The notes under the pieces: generated by a model | Seen by the model: only the letters and a program-made list of their open reading frames with translations | Database searches by the model: none | What the model was told of the DNA's origin: nothing | Program-made: the position numbers and the translations under genes | From: an uncultured Gemmatimonadaceae bacterium | GTDB lineage: Bacteria > Gemmatimonadota > Gemmatimonadetes > Gemmatimonadales > GWC2-71-9 | Assembly: GCA_964571795.1 (NCBI GenBank) | Contig: CAZNDK010000004.1 | Span: forward strand, 64,203 to 128,202 | DNA length: 64,000 bases | Direction of reading: 5' to 3' | In this document: positions 10,557-20,576 of the stretch, in pieces | How positions within the stretch are numbered: position 1 is the first letter of the stretch | How the letters are laid out: every line of letters starts with the position of its first letter

Positions 10557-11446
10557 GACGCCGGCACCATGACGCGGATGGCACCCGGCACGACGGCCGC
10601 GGTGAACGGCGTGGCGCCGCCGAGGTCACCGTCGAGCTGCACCGGCACGGGGTGATCGGTCTCGACGTGGATCTCGCGGCCCCGTACGTGACCGATCCGG
10701 GAATCGGGCCCCTCGGTCCTGCGCAGGAACTGCCAGAGCGCATGCACCCCGTCCGCCATGCTATCGGCCCGCAGGACGACGACGTCGAGCAGGCCGTCGT
10801 CGGGGCGCACGCCGTCGCCGAACCGGAGGATCGGCGGGATCACCTCGGCGCAGTTGGCCACCAGGACGAGCGCGGCGTGCGCGTCGTAGTCGACGCCGTC
10901 CACCTTGATGCGGTACCGGATGCTCCGGACCTCGTTGAGGAGCCGCAGCGTCGTGGCGACGTAGGCGCCCATGCCCCAGCGCCGCTTCAGCGGACCCGAG
11001 GTTTCCGCCATGATCCGCGCATCGAAGCCAGCGCCGCACGCCACCGCGAAGTAATGGTGCTCCCCCGAGGCGTCCAGCCGCCCGAGGTCCAGCCGCCGCG
11101 CCTTGCCGCCCACCAGGATCTCGGCGGCGCGCAACGGGGACATCGGGATCCGCAGGTTTCCGGCGAGCAGGTTGCCGGTGCCGCCGGGGATCAGCCCGAG
11201 CACCACCTCGGTGCCGACCAGCGCGGAGGCCGCCTGCATCGTGGTGCCGTCGCCCCCGAAGACCGCCACGGTGTCCACGCCGGCGGTGGCCCCCTCCGCC
11301 GCGAGGCGCCGCGCGTCGCCGGGGCCGCCGGTGGCCACGACCTCCACCTGCCACCCGCCGCGACGCAGCACGTCGCGCACGTCGCGCACCGTCTTGGGCT
11401 GGGTGCGCGCCGCCGCCGGATTGGTGATGACCAGTGCGCGTGCCAC
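10553..11446 (-). CDS. Diacylglycerol/lipid kinase (YegS/DgkB family)
   Basis: NPAA, GGDGT, PGGTGN, GAGFDA, QLDGD motifs; GTG start after GGAG. Confidence 0.9.
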   Translation of the reverse strand: MARALVITNPAAARTQPKTVRDVRDVLRRGGWQVEVVATGGPGDARRLAAEGATAGVDTVAVFGGDGTTMQAASALVGTEVVLGLIPGGTGNLLAGNLRIPMSPLRAAEILVGGKARRLDLGRLDASGEHHYFAVACGAGFDARIMAETSGPLKRRWGMGAYVATTLRLLNEVRSIRYRIKVDGVDYDAHAALVLVANCAEVIPPILRFGDGVRPDDGLLDVVVLRADSMADGVHALWQFLRRTEGPDSRIGHVRGREIHVETDHPVPVQLDGDLGGATPFTAAVVPGAIRVMVPAS

Positions 11447-11447
11447 G

Positions 11448-14400
11448 CTAGAACTCCTGCTCCCAGAGGACGTCGAGGCCGGCCTGGTACCGGTCATTGG
11501 TCGTGATCGGCGCGGTCTGCTGGTCCGCGGTGCAGGATGCGGAGGGCTCGAAGCTCGCGAGGAAGCGGAAGCCCCGCGCAAATCGGTATTCGAAGCTGGC
11601 CCCGATGTTCTTGTAGCTCGTGGCGCCGCCGGTGGTGCAGATGCCGGCGCTGAAGGTGAGGAAGGTCTTTCGGCCGATCTGCCACCCGGCGGCCAGCTGG
11701 GTCGCGGTGGAGGAGCCGTACGCGCCGCCCGCCGTGCCGGGGCGCAGCTCAATGTAGTCCACCGGGACGCGCAGGTCGGTGATCAGCGTGCGTTGCAGTT
11801 CGCTGGTCACCGCGCTGGAGAGGTACGCCAGGCCGAGATTCAGCGCCTGCTGCTGGTCGCCCGTGGCGCCGCTGGTCGTCTGCAGGGTCGAGGCGGGCCG
11901 GCGGAACATCAGGTAGGAGACGAGGTTGGTCTCCGAGATCGGCGGCAGGATGGTGGACGTCAGCTCCAGCTTCGGCTCGAGCAGCGTGCCGGTGATCTTC
12001 GCGATGACTGGCACGTCCTGGCTGCCGTCGAGCGGCCGCACGACATGTTCCGCCTCGATGTCGAGGTCGGCGTTGAGGTCGGGGGTGCCGAGGAACCGCA
12101 CCTGGCCCTTCTGCACCTTGAAGTCGCGGCGCACAGGTCCGATGGCGAGGGTGTAGCTGCCGCGCAGCGCGTCGAGCCGGCCGTCCACACGGTAATCGCG
12201 GCGCTGCTTGTCCACCCGCACCTCGCCGCCCAACTGGATGTTGGCCTCGTTGGACCGGAGCCAAAAGGCCTCCCCCACCCGCACCCGGAGGTTCTCCACG
12301 CGCAGGGAGTCGACGAACCGGTTCCGCGTCGAATACCCGCGCTGGAGCATGCGCTGAAAGCGCTGGTCCAAGAGGTCGCGGAATTCCGGGTCGTCGAGGT
12401 CCACGACGTCCTTCGTCACGAGGTCCGCGAAGTAGAGCGCCCCGCGGTTCGCCGTCACGCTTCCCGTCAGCGTGGGGGCGCGGAGCGGACCGGCCAGCCG
12501 CATCCGCCCGCTCCCCTCCAGCGTCAGGAACCCCCGAATGTCGGTGGCCCGGAAGTCGGTGGCCACGATGCCCATGTTGACGGTGGGATTCGTGAGCGTG
12601 TTGAAGCGGACGCTGCCCGAGGCGCGGAGCGATCCGACCCCCGGCGAGGTCTGCAGCAGGAGCGAATCGAGGATCAGCGAGTCGCCCATGAACCCCGCAT
12701 GCCCGGTGATGGTCGAGTACCGCACGCCGAGGCCGGGGACGGAGCCCTGTCCGTTCCGCACGTCGATGAACCCGGCGAGTCGGGGCGCCTGCCAGGTGCC
12801 CTCGACGCGCGCGTCGACGCTGAGGACCCCCGACACCCGGCGGACGCTCGTCGTGAAGGCTTCGAAGGTCCCGAGGTCGAGGCTGTCGGCGTGGGCCCGG
12901 ATCCGCAGCGGACCCTCGATCTGGCGACGCGGGACCGTGGCGAACGCCAGATCGAGGGGCAGCGCGAGGTCCACGACGAGAATCCGCTGGCCGGTCTTCC
13001 AGATGGACAGGTTGCCCTGCAGCAGCCGGGTGTCGTAGTGCAGGATCCCCTGGATGAAGGGAGACCGGAAGTCGCCGAAGACCGCGTCCCCCAGGGAAGC
13101 CGTGCCGTCGATGACCGGAGAGAGCCGGGTCCCTGCGATCTGAAGATCGGCACCGATCGATCCGGACACGCCGGTCGTGTCGCCGCGCAGCAGGCCGGCC
13201 ACGTCCCGGAGGTCGAGCCCGTACACGTGCATCTGGAGCGAGCCGGGCCGGTCTCCCGGCACGCTGCCGGAGATGTCGATGGCGCCCGAGCCGTCCACCG
13301 ACTCGAGGCGGAGCGGAGTGAGCACCATACCGGAATCGGTGCTCGTGGCGGCCGCGGGCGCCTGCAGCCGCCACACATGTCCGGTGAGCGCCATGGCGAG
13401 GGAATCGAACGCGATCCGGCGCGCGCCCTCCGACTCCGAGTATCGGCCGCTGGCGCCGAGGGCCGCCGCGTCTCCGCTCTCGAAGGAGGTGGACCACTCG
13501 AGCGCGTCCCTCGGGCCGAGCGCGCCCGCCCGGACGTTGGTGGCCACCATGCGGCCGGCGGCGACGGTGTCGGCCAGCAGTTCGAGGCTCACTTCGGGGC
13601 GGCTGCCGCCCAGCCACCCGACGGTGGCCGAGACTGAGTTGATCCGTCCGCCGCGGAAACGCACCTGGCTCGCGTCCGCGAAGCCCGAGGCGACGAGCGA
13701 GTCGAGCGAACCCGACAGCGACAGCTCGACCTGCCCCCGCCCCTGCAGCGCCGCCTCGGCGGAGTCCGGCCCGAGCCCGAGGGCGTCGACCAGGAGCGAA
13801 TCGAAGGCGCGCAGGCTGTCGAACCGCGCGCGCAACTGGAGTTGCCCCTCGTGCGGCTGGACCCACCCGATGCTTCCCTGGGCGTCCATGGCGCCCCCGT
13901 GCCACTCCACCGCGAGCGTGTCGACCAGGAGGACACTGTCCCGCACCGCGAACCGGCCGGCCGCCGTGTCGAGCCGGAAGGCGGCGATCCGTCCGGGCCC
14001 CAGCGCGCCGGCGATCGAGCCCTCGGGCGCGCGAAGGGTGTCGATCGATCCATTGACCAGCACGCTGCCCGTGAGGTCCGAGGTCGGCCCGATCCCGCGC
14101 AAGGCGTGGAGGTTCAGGTGGCGGAAGTCGATCGCGAGCGAATCGCCGCCCCAATGGGGCGTCGCCGCGGTGGCGGTCCCCCGCATCCGGAGCGTCCCGA
14201 TCTCGCCCTGCACGTCGGCGTCGAGGTCCATGCGCTCCAGCGTGCCGAGCAGCCGCACCTGTCCCGTCAGGGAGCCAAGGCTCGGCAGAGTCGGATAGCC
14301 GGCGCGGATGCCCTCGAAGGAAAGCGAATCGAGGGTGAGGTCGCCGTCGAACGCCGTGACGAGCGTGCGGGTGTCGAGCCGCACCCATCCGGCGACGGCG

Positions 14401-15863
14401 CTCACCGGGCGCTCGCCGTCCTGGTGCCGCATGGTGCCGGTGAACAGCACGTTCTTCCAGGGGCCCTCGAGGCTTCCGGTGAGGTCTGCCCGTCCCTGCA
14501 GCGTGACCGAGGGCGTCAGCAGCTGCACCGTCCGCAGGTCCACGTCGGACGAGGCGAGGGCGAACCGGCTGAAGACGAGCCCCTCGGCGCCGCCCATCAG
14601 CAGGTGGCCCCGTCCCGCGAAGCGGCTCGTCGCGCCGCCCGGCACCCCGATGTCCGTCACCTGCACGTCGAACGAGAGGTCCATGTCCGACAGGAACCCG
14701 CTGCCGGCCACCCGCCCCGACAGGCTGCCGCGCAGGGGAAGCGTGTCGAGATAGGGCCGGGCCGCCTCGAGGTCGAGCCGCATGATCGTGAGGTCCATGT
14801 CGCGCACGCCCAGCCCCAGCCGCCGGTCGGTCAGCGCCACCAGTTGCCCGTCGATGCGGGTGGTGTCGTTCTCGAGATGCAGCTCCTGGAGCGCGTAGCT
14901 GACCCGGTCGGCGTCGGCCGACTTCGCCACCACCACCGCCCTGCCGTGCAGCGCCGGGAAGTCCGGTGAGACCCAGCGAAGGTCGACGAGGTCGAGTTCG
15001 CTGAAGCGCATCGCGAAATCGAAGAGCAGCGGGCCGTCGGGCCAGGTGACGGCGCCGCCGCCCTGGAACCGGGATGCCGGGAGGGCGCCGCGCGTGATCT
15101 CGAAGACCAGGCTGTCGCCGTGAATGCGCGCCCGGCCCCGCGCCTGCTGCAGCCGGACGCCGGGATCGCTCACCCGGACGCCGAGCGTGTCGATGAGCAT
15201 CGACAGGGGATCGCGGTTCGGCGTGCTGATCGTGAGCCGTTCGAGGCCGAGCGCGAGGCTGTCGAACCGCCGGACCAGCTCCAACCCCTCCGCACCGGGG
15301 ACGATCACCCGCCCCGGGAGGGCCCGTTCGGCCGCCAGCGCGGAATCGCGCTGGCGCGGGCTGGCGCCCTTCGGCGGATCCCAAGGGAGGCGGAGGGTGA
15401 GCGTCCCCCCCACCAGTTCGAGATCGTGGATCTCGATGAGTGGCGGGCGCCCGCCCCCGGTGCCTTCGCCGAGGTGCAGGACTTCTTCGTAGTTCATCCG
15501 GCCGTTGCGGCGCCGGACGAGGTCGATCACCGGCGACTCGGCGCGGAGGCTCACGAAGTCGAAGCGCCGGGCGAGCAGGTTCGCCAGGTGGTAGCGGACG
15601 TCGAGCAGGGGGAACTCCGCCACCGTGGCGCCGCCGCTGTCGGTCAGCACCACGCCGGTGAGCTCGAGGTGGTTGATGAAGTTGCCCGACACCGCCCCGA
15701 TGGTCAGGTGACCGCGGAAGATGCGGTCGGACAACTCGGTCACGGTGCGCGCAAGCAGCCGCCGGCCCGACGGGGCCACGGTCAGGGCCCCGAGCAGGCC
15801 AAGCACGAGCCCCAGGGCGCCGAAGCCCGTCACGAACACGATGTGCGCCACACGCCGGCGCAT
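11448..15863 (-). CDS. tamB: Translocation and assembly module TamB (AsmA-like)
   Basis: ~1470 aa, N-terminal TM anchor, repetitive beta-strand pattern, C-terminal TamB-like region (G.V.F.G.PDLNA.LDIEA, ITGTLLEPKLEL); adjacent to Omp85 gene. Confidence 0.85.
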   Translation of the reverse strand: MRRRVAHIVFVTGFGALGLVLGLLGALTVAPSGRRLLARTVTELSDRIFRGHLTIGAVSGNFINHLELTGVVLTDSGGATVAEFPLLDVRYHLANLLARRFDFVSLRAESPVIDLVRRRNGRMNYEEVLHLGEGTGGGRPPLIEIHDLELVGGTLTLRLPWDPPKGASPRQRDSALAAERALPGRVIVPGAEGLELVRRFDSLALGLERLTISTPNRDPLSMLIDTLGVRVSDPGVRLQQARGRARIHGDSLVFEITRGALPASRFQGGGAVTWPDGPLLFDFAMRFSELDLVDLRWVSPDFPALHGRAVVVAKSADADRVSYALQELHLENDTTRIDGQLVALTDRRLGLGVRDMDLTIMRLDLEAARPYLDTLPLRGSLSGRVAGSGFLSDMDLSFDVQVTDIGVPGGATSRFAGRGHLLMGGAEGLVFSRFALASSDVDLRTVQLLTPSVTLQGRADLTGSLEGPWKNVLFTGTMRHQDGERPVSAVAGWVRLDTRTLVTAFDGDLTLDSLSFEGIRAGYPTLPSLGSLTGQVRLLGTLERMDLDADVQGEIGTLRMRGTATAATPHWGGDSLAIDFRHLNLHALRGIGPTSDLTGSVLVNGSIDTLRAPEGSIAGALGPGRIAAFRLDTAAGRFAVRDSVLLVDTLAVEWHGGAMDAQGSIGWVQPHEGQLQLRARFDSLRAFDSLLVDALGLGPDSAEAALQGRGQVELSLSGSLDSLVASGFADASQVRFRGGRINSVSATVGWLGGSRPEVSLELLADTVAAGRMVATNVRAGALGPRDALEWSTSFESGDAAALGASGRYSESEGARRIAFDSLAMALTGHVWRLQAPAAATSTDSGMVLTPLRLESVDGSGAIDISGSVPGDRPGSLQMHVYGLDLRDVAGLLRGDTTGVSGSIGADLQIAGTRLSPVIDGTASLGDAVFGDFRSPFIQGILHYDTRLLQGNLSIWKTGQRILVVDLALPLDLAFATVPRRQIEGPLRIRAHADSLDLGTFEAFTTSVRRVSGVLSVDARVEGTWQAPRLAGFIDVRNGQGSVPGLGVRYSTITGHAGFMGDSLILDSLLLQTSPGVGSLRASGSVRFNTLTNPTVNMGIVATDFRATDIRGFLTLEGSGRMRLAGPLRAPTLTGSVTANRGALYFADLVTKDVVDLDDPEFRDLLDQRFQRMLQRGYSTRNRFVDSLRVENLRVRVGEAFWLRSNEANIQLGGEVRVDKQRRDYRVDGRLDALRGSYTLAIGPVRRDFKVQKGQVRFLGTPDLNADLDIEAEHVVRPLDGSQDVPVIAKITGTLLEPKLELTSTILPPISETNLVSYLMFRRPASTLQTTSGATGDQQQALNLGLAYLSSAVTSELQRTLITDLRVPVDYIELRPGTAGGAYGSSTATQLAAGWQIGRKTFLTFSAGICTTGGATSYKNIGASFEYRFARGFRFLASFEPSASCTADQQTAPITTNDRYQAGLDVLWEQEF

Positions 15864-17971
15864 CAGAACGCCTGTCCCACGGCGAAATGGACCACGAAGC
15901 GGTCCGGATTGCCGCTCGGGGTGTAGACCTCGCGGATGCGGTACACCGCGTCGTTCTGGCTCTGATAGAGCGCGCCGCTCTGCCGCCCGTAGCCGTTGTA
16001 CCCGACGTCGAGCCGCACCGGTCCGAGCGGCGTGACCAGCCGGATTCCTGCACCGGGCGTTACCCGCACGATGGGGTCGGTCTGGTACCGGTCCCACAGG
16101 ACGCCCGCATCAACGAAGACCACCCACCGGAAGATTCGCCCCCAGATCGGGGAGGGCAGCCGGAGTTCGACATTCCCGACCCCGAGCATGTTTCCGCCGA
16201 TCGGCGAGTACATGATGGCGCCCGGAGGCACCGGCCCCGTGCCCGTGGTATCCACGGGAAAGGTGTCGTTGTCCACCAGGTAGTTGATCGGACCGAGCCC
16301 GTTCAGCTGGTACCCGCGCACGTCGTTGGGCCCGCCGGCATAGAAGCGGTTGGCGGGCGGGATGTAATTCGTCGCCTCGTTGCTGCCGAAGGAGGTGAGC
16401 GGCGCCCAGATCACGCCGCCCCGCAGCCGGTAGCTGAGGACGGTCTGCCGAGACAGGGTGCGATACCAGGAGCGCTCCGCCACCAGCTGGATGAACTGCT
16501 GGGTCGAGGCCGATCCGAGGAGTTGTGCGCTGATCGTCGTCTGCAGGGTCGTGCGCGTGCCGCGTGTAGGGTCCAGCGGATTGTTCACCGTGGGGAAGGA
16601 CGCGGACGCGTTCAGCGTGCCGAGCCCGAGGTCCGCGCTCAGCCGCGCGATGTCCTCCGAACTGCACACCAGCAGGGACACGCAGAAGCTGGCGGGGCTC
16701 GCCTGCGTGTGCCCGTAGGTGTAGGCGTAGGTCAGGGCCAGCCGGGCCAGCTTGGCCGTCTCACGGCTGATGCTGAACCCGGTGCCGATTTCCTGGCGGA
16801 GATACACCAGGTAGTCGGAGCGCCGGTCGGCGAAGACCGTCGTGGTGAGCGTGTTGTGCGGCGAGAGGAAGGCCGGCCGGCGCAGCGACACCGCCAGGCT
16901 GTAGTTGACCTCCCCGGACCCGAGGGTATCGGGCTTCAGCTGCGAGCACATCGTCCCGTTTTCGAGGCCCCAGGCCGTCGGCTCGCCGACGCCGATCTTG
17001 GAGAGTCGTCCGCTGATGTCCAGGACGCGTCCACCGCCGGCGAAGTCCCGGAACGTGATGCCCGCGCCGAGCCGGATGCAGTCTTCCGTCGCGTAGCCGA
17101 CGCTCCCCCGCGCCCGTCTCGGCTTGCTCTCGATGACCCGGACCTGGAGCGGCACCGAATCGGAGGCGGGGTCATACGTGGCGCTGTCGATGGTGACAGC
17201 CGCGAAGCTGAACAGCTCCGACCGGTAGAGGTTGCGCTGGCTCCGGTACAGGTCCTCCTGCGAGAATTGCTGCCCCGGTCGCGTCGCCAGCAGGGAGCGC
17301 ACCACGTCGGGCGACACCCGCTTGGTTCCCGAGATGCCGATGCCGCTCACGTCGGACAGTGGGCCGGGCTGGACGTCGATGGCCGCCGTGGCCTTGAGGG
17401 AGGTCCGCTCGCGCTCGAAGCTCTGGAAGGCGACCGCGTCGGGGTACCCGAGGTTGCGCAGTCGCCGCACGAGGGTGTCAGAGGTGGCGTCGAGCTGGAT
17501 CCGGCTGAAGGGATCGCCGGGCTGGAGTGGGAGGTCGCGCTCCACGGCGGCTCGCTTGGCCACCGAGTCGAGCCCCAGGACCTGCAGCGAGTCGAGCCGG
17601 ACCGGCGGACCCTCGGTGATCAGGAAGGTGATGTAGATGCTGTTCGCGTTCCGGCGCACGAGCGTATCCACCTCGGCGCTCATGTACCCGCTCTTCTTGT
17701 AGAGCAGCGTCAACCGGAGCACGTCCCGCTGGAATTCCACCGGATCGAAGTCCCGCTTTTCGCCGAGACCGATCCACTTGACCGTTCCCGTACGCGCGAA
17801 CCACGAGGAATTCGTGGTGGCGATCGCCGCCGAGAGCTGGGTCGCGTCGAGGGCGTGATTGCCCTTGAACTTCAGGCCGCGCACGATGAGCGGTTCGTCC
17901 TGCGCCTGAAGCGGCAAGACGGCCAGGAGCACGGCCAGCACGACGAAGAGCGCGCAACGGGGCACGCTCAC
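15863..17971 (-). CDS. tamA: Omp85-family outer membrane protein (TamA-like; POTRA + beta-barrel)
   Basis: Signal peptide ending LQA-Q, POTRA-like repeats, FYAGG..DVRGY, TPLGPVRLD, C-terminal GQAF; GTG start approximate. Confidence 0.85.
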   Translation of the reverse strand: MSVPRCALFVVLAVLLAVLPLQAQDEPLIVRGLKFKGNHALDATQLSAAIATTNSSWFARTGTVKWIGLGEKRDFDPVEFQRDVLRLTLLYKKSGYMSAEVDTLVRRNANSIYITFLITEGPPVRLDSLQVLGLDSVAKRAAVERDLPLQPGDPFSRIQLDATSDTLVRRLRNLGYPDAVAFQSFERERTSLKATAAIDVQPGPLSDVSGIGISGTKRVSPDVVRSLLATRPGQQFSQEDLYRSQRNLYRSELFSFAAVTIDSATYDPASDSVPLQVRVIESKPRRARGSVGYATEDCIRLGAGITFRDFAGGGRVLDISGRLSKIGVGEPTAWGLENGTMCSQLKPDTLGSGEVNYSLAVSLRRPAFLSPHNTLTTTVFADRRSDYLVYLRQEIGTGFSISRETAKLARLALTYAYTYGHTQASPASFCVSLLVCSSEDIARLSADLGLGTLNASASFPTVNNPLDPTRGTRTTLQTTISAQLLGSASTQQFIQLVAERSWYRTLSRQTVLSYRLRGGVIWAPLTSFGSNEATNYIPPANRFYAGGPNDVRGYQLNGLGPINYLVDNDTFPVDTTGTGPVPPGAIMYSPIGGNMLGVGNVELRLPSPIWGRIFRWVVFVDAGVLWDRYQTDPIVRVTPGAGIRLVTPLGPVRLDVGYNGYGRQSGALYQSQNDAVYRIREVYTPSGNPDRFVVHFAVGQAF

Positions 17972-18005
17972 GCGGTGGGCCCCGCAACGTCGGGGGCGCA
18001 CGTGA

Positions 18006-18034
18006 TTGACGGCATGCTGTAAGATGCCTAGTTT
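18006..18034 (+). promoter_or_regulatory. Sigma70-type promoter for the ABC transporter operon
   Basis: TTGACG-N17-TAGTTT. Confidence 0.6.
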
Positions 18035-18126
18035 CACCACCTTACGCCACGGCGGAGGAGCCTCAGGCTCCACCCTCCTTCCGGTGCGCGGACCACCCCT
18101 CGTCAACCCGCACGGATCACCTGCCG

Positions 18127-19659
18127 ATGACGCGCTTCCTCCTCGCCGCGATGCTGGTCCTGACCGCCTGCGGCGGCGAAGGGGGACCCCGCACCATCAC
18201 GTACTATTTCACCGCCGACCCGCGCTCCCTCGACCCCGCCTTCTCCACCGACGTGCCGAGCGGCGAGATGATCGCCATGCTGTTCGACAACGTGACGCAG
18301 TTCGACGTGGCGGGACGCCTGGTGCCTGGCATCGCCACCCGCTGGGAAGCCGATTCCACGGGGTCGGTGTACACATTCCACCTTCGGCCCGACGCCCGGT
18401 TCCACGACGGCCGCCCCATCACTGCGCGGACGGTGCGGGCCTCGTTCCGGCGGGTGCTCTCGCTCGCCTCGAAGGGGTCACGGACCTGGACGCTCACCCC
18501 CATCCTGGGCGCGACAGCCTTCGCCTCGGGCGACGCCTCCGACGTGGAGGGCCTCGCCACCCCAAACGATTCGACGCTGGTGGTCACCCTCGCGGAACCG
18601 CTCAACGTCTTTCCCAAGCTGCTTGCCATGCCCGCCTCGGCCATCGTGCCCGAATCGCTGGGGCCCGACTTCGGCGAGCGCCCGGTAGGCAGCGGGCCCT
18701 GGAAGTTCGTGAGCTGGTCGCACGACGATGCGCTCCTGGTGGCCGCGAACGAGGACTACTGGGGCGGCCGGCCGCTCTCCGACTCGCTCCGCGTGCGAAT
18801 CATTCCCGAGCCCCTCACGCAGGCCGCCGAGTACGAGTTCGGCCAGTTGGCGATCGTGGAAGTGCCGTTCAGCGAAACGGTCCGCTGGGAGCGGGAGCAT
18901 GGCCCGGAACTCCAGCGGCGTCCGGCGCTCCGCGCGCTCTACGTGGCGATCAACACCCAGCGCGGCGCGCTCAAGGACGTGCGCGTGCGCCGGGCGCTCA
19001 ACCTGGCCGTGGACGCGGGCACGATGATGCGCACCATCATGGCCGGGCGCGGCGTGCGCTCGGCGGGCGCCATCCCGCCGGGCATCGAGGGGTACGACAG
19101 CGCCCGCGCGCCGTACCCCCACGACACCGCCGCGGCGCGGGCGTTGCTGGTCGAGGCCGGGTACGCCGGCGGGCTGACCCTCAAGCTCTGGCGGACGCAG
19201 CGCTCGGAGCTGGCGCGCATCGCGCAGTCCATCCAGCAGAGCCTGGGGCAGGTCGGCGTGACGGTCGAGATCATCGAACGCGACGCCTCGAGCGCCCGCG
19301 CCGCGTCGTCCAAGGGCGAGGCGGACCTCTTCCTGACCGACTGGTACGCCGACTACCCCGACCCCGAGAGCTTCAATTATCCCACCTTCTACTCGAAAAA
19401 CGCCGGCGGCGGCGGCAACCGGGCGTTCTATGCCGACCCGGTCACCGACCGGATGATCATGCGCGCCCGGGGCACTCCTGATGCGGCGCTGAAGGACAGC
19501 CTCAGCCGCGCCATCGACCAGCGGATCTTCGAGGCGGCGCCCTGGATCTTCCTCTGGTTTCCGGTGGACCTGTGGGCCGAGCGGCCGAACGTCACGGGAT
19601 GGGAAGTGCCGGCCATCTTCAACGGGCAGCGCTGGCGGACCGTCGAGAGGCTCCCGTGA
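18127..19659 (+). CDS. Peptide/nickel ABC transporter substrate-binding lipoprotein (SBP family 5)
   Basis: LTAC lipobox; YTFHLR..ARFHDG, PVGSGPW, VRRALNLAVD. Confidence 0.93.
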   Translation: MTRFLLAAMLVLTACGGEGGPRTITYYFTADPRSLDPAFSTDVPSGEMIAMLFDNVTQFDVAGRLVPGIATRWEADSTGSVYTFHLRPDARFHDGRPITARTVRASFRRVLSLASKGSRTWTLTPILGATAFASGDASDVEGLATPNDSTLVVTLAEPLNVFPKLLAMPASAIVPESLGPDFGERPVGSGPWKFVSWSHDDALLVAANEDYWGGRPLSDSLRVRIIPEPLTQAAEYEFGQLAIVEVPFSETVRWEREHGPELQRRPALRALYVAINTQRGALKDVRVRRALNLAVDAGTMMRTIMAGRGVRSAGAIPPGIEGYDSARAPYPHDTAAARALLVEAGYAGGLTLKLWRTQRSELARIAQSIQQSLGQVGVTVEIIERDASSARAASSKGEADLFLTDWYADYPDPESFNYPTFYSKNAGGGGNRAFYADPVTDRMIMRARGTPDAALKDSLSRAIDQRIFEAAPWIFLWFPVDLWAERPNVTGWEVPAIFNGQRWRTVERLP

Positions 19660-20576
19660 CCCGCTTCCTGGCCTGGCGGCTCCTGCTGGTGCTCCCGACG
19701 CTCTTCGGCGTGCTGGTGGTGGCGTTCCTGCTCCTGCACGTGGCCCCGGGCGACCCGGTCCAGGCGATGGTCGGCGAGCGCGCGGACTCGGCCACGCTCG
19801 TGCGGCTCCGCGCCGAGCTGCATCTCGACGAGCCGCTCCCCAAGCGCTTCGTCCTCTACACCGCCGGCATCCTCCGGGGAGACCTGGGCAACAGCTACAT
19901 CACCGGCCGGTCGATCCTCGGCGAATTGCTGCATCGGTTCCCCTACACCCTCCGCCTGGCGCTCGCCGCGATGCTCTTCGCGGTGACCCTCGGGCTCCTG
20001 GTGGGGATCTTCGGGGCGTGGCGCCCGGGCAGCTGGTTCGACCGCGCCATGACGCTGGGGGCCTACCTCGGCGTGTCGTTCCCGGTATACTGGGTCGGGC
20101 TGCTGCTGATCCTGATCTTCGCGGTCCAGCTGCACTGGTTGCCGCCGAGCGGATCGGGGGGGCTCGCGTTCCTGGTGCTCCCGGCGCTGACGCTGGGCAT
20201 GCGCTCCGTCGCGGTGATCGCGCGGATGACGCGGGCCGCGATGCAGGAGGTCCTGCAGGCCGACTACATCCGCTCCGCCCGCGTCATCGGGCTCGGCGAG
20301 GGGCGCGTGGTGTTGCGCCACGGCCTGCGGAACGCCCTGCTCCCGGTCATCACGGTCGTGGGCCTCGACTTCGGCAGCTACTTGACGGGCTCCATCCTGA
20401 CGGAGACCATCTTCTCGTGGCCCGGAGTGGGGCGGTATGTGCTCACCGCCATCAGCAAGCGCGACCTTCCTGCCGTCCAGGGAAGCATCCTCTTCCTCAG
20501 CGTGGTCTTCGTGCTGGTCAACCTCCTCACCGACATCCTCTATGCCAAAGCCGACCCCAGGGTCTCGTATGACTGA
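19656..20576 (+). CDS. Peptide ABC transporter permease (DppB-like)
   Basis: PGDP, GDLGNS, EAA-loop region (DYIRSAR..GL), ETIFSWPGVG, DPRV; GTG start. Confidence 0.93.
   Translation: MTRFLAWRLLLVLPTLFGVLVVAFLLLHVAPGDPVQAMVGERADSATLVRLRAELHLDEPLPKRFVLYTAGILRGDLGNSYITGRSILGELLHRFPYTLRLALAAMLFAVTLGLLVGIFGAWRPGSWFDRAMTLGAYLGVSFPVYWVGLLLILIFAVQLHWLPPSGSGGLAFLVLPALTLGMRSVAVIARMTRAAMQEVLQADYIRSARVIGLGEGRVVLRHGLRNALLPVITVVGLDFGSYLTGSILTETIFSWPGVGRYVLTAISKRDLPAVQGSILFLSVVFVLVNLLTDILYAKADPRVSYD

Noticed and set aside
15863..17971. bamA
   Set aside because: Short for five POTRA domains, coupled to tamB, and no skp/lpxD context
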